Shown here in pieces: positions 8,511 to 15,930 of a DNA stretch of 64,000 bases. The stretch is from IMG/VR virus record IMGVR_UViG_3300043418_000072, positions 1-64,000 of that record, one strand, 5' to 3'. The notes under the pieces are model-generated. The model was given only the letters and a program-made list of their open reading frames with translations, had not been told where the DNA came from and made no database searches. The translations under genes and the position numbers were made by a program. Numbering within the stretch: the stretch's first letter is position 1; each line of letters starts with the position of its first letter.

Positions 8511-9450
8511 TTCTACACTTTATATTACAAACTTCTAACGGGAACAGTTCTAATCTAGTTAAAAACTCTTCCCATAATGGATCCGCAAGGATGTCAGACA
8601 AGGGTCGTGTCTTGATACTTAAACGATCGCGATACTTTTCGACAAAATCGTTTTGCTGATATCCGCTGTTGAACCAAGGACAGGGAAACACTAGTCCGTT
8701 AACGTTAATGAACATTTCCTTTTTCCAGTTCAAGCACTTGGCCCAACTATGCACATCCTTTTGATACTGGATATCAATTACCATGCCACGGGCACTGAGT
8801 GCGCCTTTTTTCTTTTGATAGTTAGGCACATTAATAACAATCTCAGGGCATAATGGATCGACCCCGTTAACTGCATAGCGACCGTCAAACTTGGTACTAT
8901 GCACCTCATTGAACTCGTCGACTCCCGCAGCCCGTGCAACTTCTTTGATCTCCCTGGTGTGGTGCTCGTTGAAGTTAAAAATAATGTAACTCCAAATGAT
9001 CCTACACGGCGACGCTGCACGTAGACTCTTGATACCAGCAATGATACTGTCAAAATTGCTATTGACTCGATATAGTTCATTGCTCGCTTGATCCCACCCG
9101 TCTACGCTAAATGTAACTGCATCATGCTCTGTTAGCATGTGCCCTAGTCGATCCCACCAGTCTACGCTCTTGTAGCTACCATTGGTTACAATCTTAACTT
9201 GTATGCGATTGAGTTTTAGATACTCAACGATTTCTAGGAACTCTGTTGCATAGATTGGATCGCCTACATCGCCGCAGAACAAGAATGTCTTCATGTTAGT
9301 TAGCATAGACGGAGGAAACGCCAACATGAATTCATGTAGCGTTATTTCTCTATTCAGTTGTTCGGGCTTTAATTCAGTACGAGGGCAGCGTGGACATTTT
9401 AGTGTACACTTGCTGCTGATCTCGATATGAATGTCTTGTAGGTTAAACAA
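8500..9450 (-). CDS. Radical SAM protein with C-terminal SPASM/twitch domain
   Basis: CTLKCPRC, GDVGDP, VTNGS, FSVDG. C-terminal C...GLVFPC...CNIKC. TTG start overlaps the gp46 stop. Confidence 0.88.
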   Translation of the reverse strand: MFNLQDIHIEISSKCTLKCPRCPRTELKPEQLNREITLHEFMLAFPPSMLTNMKTFLFCGDVGDPIYATEFLEIVEYLKLNRIQVKIVTNGSYKSVDWWDRLGHMLTEHDAVTFSVDGWDQASNELYRVNSNFDSIIAGIKSLRAASPCRIIWSYIIFNFNEHHTREIKEVARAAGVDEFNEVHSTKFDGRYAVNGVDPLCPEIVINVPNYQKKKGALSARGMVIDIQYQKDVHSWAKCLNWKKEMFINVNGLVFPCPWFNSGYQQNDFVEKYRDRLSIKTRPLSDILADPLWEEFLTRLELFPLEVCNIKCRNDR

Positions 9451-11215
9451 TGTCTATGTCTGTATTATAACTGGTGTAGCCGTTTTCCTTAACAACGTGT
9501 AATGTGTTGTTAACTCGGCCCGCTAACTCATCTTTGTGCGACACAAGCCAAATGCTCTTGTTGCTTTCACGACTCATCTTCTTAAGGATGCTTAGTGCAT
9601 TTTCAACACCACTGGTGTCCATGCCGCTGTCTACTAGCTCGTCAATGAACAACAGGTTAATGGGTTGATATAAACTTTCCCAAACATCACGGAACGCCCA
9701 GCTCAATGACAAAATCAATCTGTTACGTTCGCCACGTGACAAGTTGTCAAAGTCTAGATCGCGCCCTAGTTCGGTAATGCTAACTGATAAGTCGTTGTTG
9801 AATTTTACAGTATGCGGCAAGCCAATGCGATCTAAGTATTGTCCTAAACGTGCATTTAAGTAGCTCAAGTTTTGATCGATAATGCGCTTACGGATAAAGC
9901 TGTCTTTATTAGTTAACAATTTAAGCAAGAACTCTTGGTGCTCTTTCAAACTCACAAGTTCGTTCATTACATCGTATGAGATTTCTTCTAACGCTTGCTC
10001 ACTCATTTCTTTAATTTGCTCTGCATAAGGATCGGCTTCCTTTTCCTTTGCAGACAATTGGGCAAGTACGCTAGCCATACTGCTACGGTGTTCAAACGCA
10101 TCGCTTTCGCGATCGTAATAGACTTTTGGTTGCGCACCAGCTTCGCCAAATTCGGCTAAGGCATTCTTTAGTTCTACAATTTGAAAACCTAGAGCTTCAA
10201 AGTCAACGGTAACAGTTTCTAATTCTTTTAGTTTGGCTGCTAATTGTGTTTCGTGATTTTCATCATGCAGCTCGTGGCCACACGCATGACACTTGTGTTC
10301 ATGTAATGCAGCAACTTCTTGCTCAATGCGAGCGTAGAGCTTACGTTCACGGTCCTGATCTAACTCTGCACGTTTAAGGGCTTTGTTTAGCTCATTAATG
10401 TCTTTGACTTTCTGATTGTACTCGCTAAGTTCTTTGTGCGCTTGCAATTCAGCTTCGATGTCTAACGTGCTTAACTCATCAAAGGCACGTTGGAACTGTA
10501 GCACATCACGATCGTGGTGCTCTGTCCACATTTTCTGGCGTCTACGCAGACTACCAATCTGTTCTTCGATACGCTTGTTAGCATCGCCTACTGCTTTGAT
10601 GCGATATTCTTCTTGTGTGATTGCATCTTTAGTGGCTTTAGACAGTTCTTTCAATGACTCTGCCTTCTCGCTTAACAAGGTAATGCCCAACAACTGCTCA
10701 ATAATAGTGCGTTGATCATTGGCTTTGAGTGCAAGGAATGGTTCAGTGTAGGTGTTGAGTGCAAGGATATGCTTAAACATATCGTGGCTCATACCTAACA
10801 TACGCTCAATCTCTGCTTGAGTTTCGCGGCTGTCGCCTTGGGCCTCATCGGTAATTTCTTTTTCAGTACCTGACACAAAGAACTTCATAATGCCAGGCTT
10901 GCGCCCGCGCTCAATGCGATAGTCAATACCATCCTTTTCAAAATCAATGGTAACCAACATGCCTTTGCCATTGGTCTTATTGATCAAGTTATCTTTCTTG
11001 ATGTTAGTAAGTGCATTACCGTACAAGGCGAAGCTTAGTGCATTGATGATGGTTGTTTTACCTGTGCCATTACGTGCGCCAGTATCGTCGCCGCCTAAGT
11101 CTAAGTTTTCACCAAGTACTAGCGTCAAGTCATTGCGGTCAAAGTTGACGGCTTGCGTGGCATTTCCTACGCTCATGAAATTCTTCACGGTTAAATCTTT
11201 GATCTTGAAAGTCAT
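9443..11215 (-). CDS. gp46: Recombination endonuclease ATPase subunit (gp46, Rad50/SbcC-like)
   Basis: Walker A NGTGKT, coiled coil with CHAC zinc hook, signature LSRGE, Walker B LFIDE, H-loop VSH. Confidence 0.95.
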   Translation of the reverse strand: MTFKIKDLTVKNFMSVGNATQAVNFDRNDLTLVLGENLDLGGDDTGARNGTGKTTIINALSFALYGNALTNIKKDNLINKTNGKGMLVTIDFEKDGIDYRIERGRKPGIMKFFVSGTEKEITDEAQGDSRETQAEIERMLGMSHDMFKHILALNTYTEPFLALKANDQRTIIEQLLGITLLSEKAESLKELSKATKDAITQEEYRIKAVGDANKRIEEQIGSLRRRQKMWTEHHDRDVLQFQRAFDELSTLDIEAELQAHKELSEYNQKVKDINELNKALKRAELDQDRERKLYARIEQEVAALHEHKCHACGHELHDENHETQLAAKLKELETVTVDFEALGFQIVELKNALAEFGEAGAQPKVYYDRESDAFEHRSSMASVLAQLSAKEKEADPYAEQIKEMSEQALEEISYDVMNELVSLKEHQEFLLKLLTNKDSFIRKRIIDQNLSYLNARLGQYLDRIGLPHTVKFNNDLSVSITELGRDLDFDNLSRGERNRLILSLSWAFRDVWESLYQPINLLFIDELVDSGMDTSGVENALSILKKMSRESNKSIWLVSHKDELAGRVNNTLHVVKENGYTSYNTDIDIV

Positions 11216-11802
11216 TCTTTATATTGCCTCATTAAATTATCTTTCCATGGTAGCATTCTGAGATTGCTGATTTGTGCTGCTTCATGCGGACTCTGCCCTT
11301 TTTCGAAGCACTCTTTAATAGGGGTTATATGGTCTAATTGCCATCCACCTTCTACACCGCATAATGTCCTTGGGTAGTTATTAGGGTTAATTGCATCTTT
11401 ATGTTTTTCATACATCTTCTGACTAAGTCCGTGTACTTTTCTTGCATACCTAGTATATTCTTCGATATTTGGATTACGAATTGGCCTAAGCATCCCCTTA
11501 TACGATGGATTTTGTGTAAGCATCTGGCATCGTGGAGAACAAAATCTTTTTTTGGAGGCTTGGTTAACGGTAAACGAAGTTGAACAATCTTTACAAATGC
11601 AACTACGGGTAACTTGCCGTATTTTTTTAATATTTGGTTTTCCAGGTTTAGCTCCGATTGGGATAATGATTCCTTGTTGCTTTCTAAATCGATATACTGT
11701 TTGCGGGTGTATGTTTAGCAATTTTCCTATTTCGGCTGCGGCCAATAATGGGTTACTAATTAATTCTATTTCTTTTGTTGTGTAGATTCTTGCGTTAGCC
11801 AT
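11212..11802 (-). CDS. Putative HNH-type homing endonuclease
   Basis: N-terminal HTH-like region, CKDC/FCSPRC zinc finger, C-terminal WQLDHITP...NLRMLPWKDN. AT-rich, with its own late box and SD AAGGAG. Confidence 0.7.
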   Translation of the reverse strand: MANARIYTTKEIELISNPLLAAAEIGKLLNIHPQTVYRFRKQQGIIIPIGAKPGKPNIKKIRQVTRSCICKDCSTSFTVNQASKKRFCSPRCQMLTQNPSYKGMLRPIRNPNIEEYTRYARKVHGLSQKMYEKHKDAINPNNYPRTLCGVEGGWQLDHITPIKECFEKGQSPHEAAQISNLRMLPWKDNLMRQYKE

Positions 11803-11829
11803 AGAAATACTCCTTTGGGGTATTTACCT
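11212..11829 (-). mobile_element. Homing endonuclease cassette inserted after codon 10 of the ancestral gp46
   Basis: A relic gp46 start (MFKIKDLTVK, 11859-11830) sits upstream of the cassette and a second copy (MTFKIKDLTVK) sits downstream. The 17-mer GTTAAATCTTTGATCTT occurs at both 11190-11206 and 11837-11853. Confidence 0.7.
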
Positions 11830-11859
11830 CTTTACAGTTAAATCTTTGATCTTAAACAT
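11824..11859 (-). pseudogene. Relic 5' fragment of gp46 (MFKIKDLTVKR*)
   Basis: Starts by TAATG overlap with the gp47 stop. Nine residues are identical to the present gp46 N-terminus with synonymous codon differences. Ends at the TAA of the late box. Confidence 0.75.
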
Positions 11860-12875
11860 TAGAGGTTTCTATAGATATCGAGTAGTAGGTTTTTATTGAA
11901 TTTGCCGTTGTCTAAATTAGTAAGTTGACCAGTAACAATTTGATCAATTGATTCAAATTCAATATTGCCTTGAATTTCATATTCAGTTAAGTCAGTAACC
12001 TTAGCTGGGATAAGAGTAAGCTCGCGTAATTTGTATGTATCAACGAACGTTTCTTTAATAAACGTTGCCTCTTCGTAGCTGATATCAATGTCTAAGTTAA
12101 CACGGCAGTGCATACCGGGTTGCAACATCTTTTCAGTATGAGTGATAACGTCACTAAGTTGGAACACACGGTACTTGGGCTGATCTGGCCACGAATGATA
12201 TTCGGGATCCTTGCCCCAATCTAAGATAGTTAATCCTCGATCGTCGTCGCCGGCGTCTGCATAGTTGTGGGGGAACGCATTTCCGATGTAGGTAATGTTG
12301 CGTTGGGTTTGTCGTTTATGGAAGTGTCCACTAAACACATGACCAAAGCCCTGCATGTCGTCGCCAGTTAACTCACCGTGATCTGGCATGGCAACCATTG
12401 CGTTCATTAAGTAACCCGGAAGCTCAAAATGGCCAAACATGTATTGGCCCTTCATCTTCTTCAGCTTTTTATAATCGTCGCCTACAAGCCAAGGGGCAAT
12501 AGTGACATTACCGTCGCTAAACCAATCATTGCAGATTTGAATATTAGGGAGGTGCTTCGCCCACTCCACGCTCTGAACGTCACGTTTATCGCGATAGTAT
12601 AAATCATGGTTACCAGGAATAAAATACACACGTTCAAAATTTGCATTCAGATGCTCCAATGCTTGCAGGCTATACCCTAGTGTTAGGATGTTAATGCTTG
12701 CGCGGTTGTTATGCCAGTCGCCTAAAAACAAACAGGTTTCGCAACCTTCTGCTTTGGCTTTGGCTGTGGCCCACTTGACAAAGTTCAAACAGTCCTCGTT
12801 GTGTAGAGTGCTGTTTGACTTTAAGCCAAAGTGGATGTCAGTAAAGATTGCGGCTTTTTTAAATAAATTACTCAT
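11859..12875 (-). CDS. gp47: Recombination endonuclease nuclease subunit (gp47, Mre11/SbcD-like)
   Basis: Metallophosphoesterase motifs DIH, GDWH, GNHD and GHFH, directly upstream of gp46. Confidence 0.95.
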   Translation of the reverse strand: MSNLFKKAAIFTDIHFGLKSNSTLHNEDCLNFVKWATAKAKAEGCETCLFLGDWHNNRASINILTLGYSLQALEHLNANFERVYFIPGNHDLYYRDKRDVQSVEWAKHLPNIQICNDWFSDGNVTIAPWLVGDDYKKLKKMKGQYMFGHFELPGYLMNAMVAMPDHGELTGDDMQGFGHVFSGHFHKRQTQRNITYIGNAFPHNYADAGDDDRGLTILDWGKDPEYHSWPDQPKYRVFQLSDVITHTEKMLQPGMHCRVNLDIDISYEEATFIKETFVDTYKLRELTLIPAKVTDLTEYEIQGNIEFESIDQIVTGQLTNLDNGKFNKNLLLDIYRNL

Positions 12876-13816
12876 TCACAGATTTTTCGTAAATCGGTTA
12901 GATTAGTGGGTAGCATATTAAGATTGTACACTTTTAACCTAATTCCTTTTTTGCCAAGTTGATGTTGTATTACAGATTCGTCCAAAATACTTAAAGTATC
13001 CCAGTTAAAGTTAACAGTGGAATCGATATTTTGGATGATGTTATTAACTAATTGATCTTTGTTTATATGCGTTTGCGTAGACATCCAATGTGTATGTATT
13101 GTAGACATCTTATCTTGGTTCTGCAACGTATATGGTTGACCTAGCCATTGGATGCACTCACAAATTGTGTCTTCGAAATTTTGATAGAAATCTATTTGAC
13201 TAATTTTAAAAACATTTCCGGGGCAAGCATCTAACTTAGTTGGGTGCGCTGTTTTAGATAGTGACACTAAGTCTAGTCCGCTAAGTATTTCCCTGAGGAT
13301 CCATGCCGGGAGATGCTTAATTTGAGAGCTTGCAGCCTTTGAAGGCACCCGTGGGATGTTGATATTATAAATTTCCTTATACAATAAAGAATTTGCAACA
13401 ATCATTGAGCACACATGCCCCCAAAAAATCCCACCAAATGCAGCTCTAAAGAATGCGTTATTTAATTGCGTTAGTGTGTGCTCAGGGGACGACACTATTG
13501 AGATCATATGTAACGAATCTTCTCCAACGCAATCTACAAAATTTTTATAGTCGTTGGATTTCAATGGTGGGTGCATTAAGACAATATTCGAATTTCGAGC
13601 AGTGCCAGACCTGATACAAGATCTCCATTGGAAATAATCATCAATTGTTACACCGTTGTTGTTTTCTTTTCTAAAAATGTGATTGTGTGATGCATTATTT
13701 AAATCCAACGGAATAGGCATATTGCAGTATTCCTTGATTCCAAAGTAATTTAAGCACCACAGTAACCAATTTCCATGGTTACCAGAGTGATACAATAACG
13801 GAATAAGGTTACTCAT
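12872..13816 (-). CDS. Hypothetical protein inserted between sigma and gp47 (start 13816 preferred)
   Basis: AT-rich ORF coupled at both ends (GATGAGTAA and ATGA overlaps). The N-terminal YHSGNHGNWL loosely recalls sulfotransferase-like loops but is unassigned. Confidence 0.6.
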   Translation of the reverse strand: MSNLIPLLYHSGNHGNWLLWCLNYFGIKEYCNMPIPLDLNNASHNHIFRKENNNGVTIDDYFQWRSCIRSGTARNSNIVLMHPPLKSNDYKNFVDCVGEDSLHMISIVSSPEHTLTQLNNAFFRAAFGGIFWGHVCSMIVANSLLYKEIYNINIPRVPSKAASSQIKHLPAWILREILSGLDLVSLSKTAHPTKLDACPGNVFKISQIDFYQNFEDTICECIQWLGQPYTLQNQDKMSTIHTHWMSTQTHINKDQLVNNIIQNIDSTVNFNWDTLSILDESVIQHQLGKKGIRLKVYNLNMLPTNLTDLRKICE

Positions 13817-14678
13817 CGCCATCGTACCCTCCGCCGCCGCCACCGCCCATACCTTGACGAGTATAACTTGGGTTTAGGTTATTCATTTCTAAGATATCGT
13901 CTCTCAGATTCTGGTTACGCTTTTCGATGTTCAAGACACGAGTAAAACTGTTAGTGATAGCGGCAGTATAATACGCAAAAGGGTTCTGCGATTTGGATTC
14001 GTCAAACTGGAGTCCGATTTGGCTGAGTTGAAGTAGGGCTTGGCTTCGCATTTCGTCATTGTATGTGTATCCTCTCCAGTTAGAGCGTGTGGCGTAACGC
14101 TCGCATAATTTCATAAACATGTGCGCTAGCTTGCGGGTCATTGCGCCATGATCCTTGCTATATACGCCGTCTTCTAAGGTACCTTTCCAGTGGCTTCTAC
14201 CAACTACAACAGGCTCGCCTGCTTCGTTAAGTTTATAATGCAAGAATGGAGGAAAGTTACATTTGGTGTATTTGGTAGTTTTTGCTTCTTCGGGTTCGTC
14301 GTATTCGCTTAGGATTTCGTCATCCTCGTCTACCCATGCAGCAACTTTTTTGCCTTTTTTACTATCGTCAAGTGGTACATGCTCCCAACTCATTACCCTA
14401 AAAATAACGTCCGACTCGGCAATAGTGTCCAATTCGATTGCAAATTCATCTAGTTTACGCTTTGTGCCATCTGCGGTAGCTAGTTCATGTGCTGCTTTTG
14501 CTAAACGTTCTGCTCTATTAGTGCGACCTTCTAAGATATTGGCCTTGTTTAGTCTTTTCAAATCCGGTAAGATGATGTCGTAATCGCCATATTCTGGTTG
14601 AGTGTAGCAACAATAGGTGTTCTTACTTTTATGAATTTCCTTTAGGATGTCTTTGTTGTTGAGATAGTTGTGTTTCAT
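13809..14678 (-). CDS. gp55: Late-transcription sigma factor (T4 gp55-like)
   Basis: HNYLNNKDIL N-terminus and RSNWRGYTYNDEM...FDESKSQNPFAYYT...F region. TAAATA boxes precede the structural genes. Confidence 0.85.
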   Translation of the reverse strand: MKHNYLNNKDILKEIHKSKNTYCCYTQPEYGDYDIILPDLKRLNKANILEGRTNRAERLAKAAHELATADGTKRKLDEFAIELDTIAESDVIFRVMSWEHVPLDDSKKGKKVAAWVDEDDEILSEYDEPEEAKTTKYTKCNFPPFLHYKLNEAGEPVVVGRSHWKGTLEDGVYSKDHGAMTRKLAHMFMKLCERYATRSNWRGYTYNDEMRSQALLQLSQIGLQFDESKSQNPFAYYTAAITNSFTRVLNIEKRNQNLRDDILEMNNLNPSYTRQGMGGGGGGGYDGDE

Positions 14679-14710
14679 GTTTTAACACGTTCCTTATAAT
14701 AATAGTACAT

Positions 14711-14739
14711 AATATAACAAATAAATACTACAATAGCAA
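14711..14739 (-). promoter_or_regulatory. Sigma70-type promoter for the late sigma operon
   Basis: Minus strand TTGCTA-17 nt-TATATT with an extended -10 TG. SD AAGGA before the ATG at 14678. Confidence 0.55.
14720..14727 (+). promoter_or_regulatory. Late promoter box AATAAATA for the baseplate operon
   Basis: TAAATA core 22 nt before the ATG at 14750, at the strand switch. Confidence 0.6.
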
Positions 14740-14749
14740 GAGAAATCAT

Positions 14750-15625
14750 ATGTCAGACAGTTTATTTTCGTCCGTTTCTAGCATGTTTAACACAGCTAAG
14801 GAGAGCGTTGCTGACGCAATAACTTCTGCTGAGTCCAATCCTGTAATAAGAAAAGCACTCAACATTGTTGACCCTGCACAAACCCGTTTAAAAGCAGCAG
14901 GATTACTAAAAGGCGGAGCAAAAACATCTGCTACGAATTCTAGTGCCCCAAATGTTTCATTTGCCACTAGCGACACCGACTGGAGATTGAAAATTAGTCT
15001 TGCTCAGTCGGCAGACTATTTTTACAAAAATCCAGAAGATGCGGGTATTATGAATCCGCTAGCGCCAACAGGAGGGGTTATTTTCCCTTACACTCCTCAA
15101 GTGAGTGTTACACATGCAGCACGTTACGGCTCACAAAACCTTACACATAGTAATTATACCAATTACTTCTACGAAGGTTCAGAAGTTCAAGCAATCAGCA
15201 TCAGCGGCGACTTTACTGTTCAAACTGTTGCAGAAGGACAGTACTTGATGGCAGCAATTTATTTCTTTAGAGCAGCAACAAAGATGTTCTTTGGGCAAGG
15301 TAACAAAGTAGGCAATCCTCCACCAATGGTGTTTTTAACAGGTTATGGTAGCCACTATTTTCCAAATGTACCTTGCGTAGTTACTAGTTTTGCGCACACT
15401 ATGCCTCAGGATGTTGATTATCTAGCAATACCAACAGGTGGCGGCCAAGCAGTAGCACAAGATGCAGGTAGACCAGTGTCGGGGATGACTACTCGAGTAC
15501 CAACAAATAGCACATTGACTATAAGTTTACAGCCAATTTACTCTAGAGCCAATTTATACGACAACTTCAATCTTGAAGATTTTGCTGCTGGCAAACTTAT
15601 CAATGGCAAAGGTGGATACATTTAA
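14750..15625 (+). CDS. Tail tube initiator/baseplate cap-like protein (gp48/gp54-like)
   Basis: GGVIFPYTPQVSVTH...ISISGDFT...PPPMVFLTGYG...PCVVTSFAHT pattern resembles tube-fold initiators. First gene of the baseplate operon. Confidence 0.55.
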   Translation: MSDSLFSSVSSMFNTAKESVADAITSAESNPVIRKALNIVDPAQTRLKAAGLLKGGAKTSATNSSAPNVSFATSDTDWRLKISLAQSADYFYKNPEDAGIMNPLAPTGGVIFPYTPQVSVTHAARYGSQNLTHSNYTNYFYEGSEVQAISISGDFTVQTVAEGQYLMAAIYFFRAATKMFFGQGNKVGNPPPMVFLTGYGSHYFPNVPCVVTSFAHTMPQDVDYLAIPTGGGQAVAQDAGRPVSGMTTRVPTNSTLTISLQPIYSRANLYDNFNLEDFAAGKLINGKGGYI

Positions 15626-15927
15626 TGACAACTACATACAACAAAGCTAGCCCTTACGCAGCAACTAATAAATTTGGACAATTTCTAGACCTATTAGAAT
15701 ACCGTGCTATTTCTAAGAAATCTGATGATGTGTCTTACACCATTGACCGTGTTTACAAATACCGCCCTGACATGCTGGCATACGACTTGTACGGTGACAG
15801 CGCATTGTGGTGGGTGTTTATTGCACGAAATCCCAATGTTCTTAAAGATCCAGTATTTGGATTTAAGCCAGGTGTGACTATTTACATTCCCAAGAAGGAA
15901 ACCCTTGTTGCTGAATTAGGAATCTAA
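15625..15927 (+). CDS. gp53: Baseplate wedge subunit with LysM-like fold (gp53-like)
   Basis: YRPDMLAYDLYGDSALWWVF...NP...F..G..IYIP is the gp53/LysM signature. Confidence 0.8.
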   Translation: MTTTYNKASPYAATNKFGQFLDLLEYRAISKKSDDVSYTIDRVYKYRPDMLAYDLYGDSALWWVFIARNPNVLKDPVFGFKPGVTIYIPKKETLVAELGI

Positions 15928-15930
15928 TCT

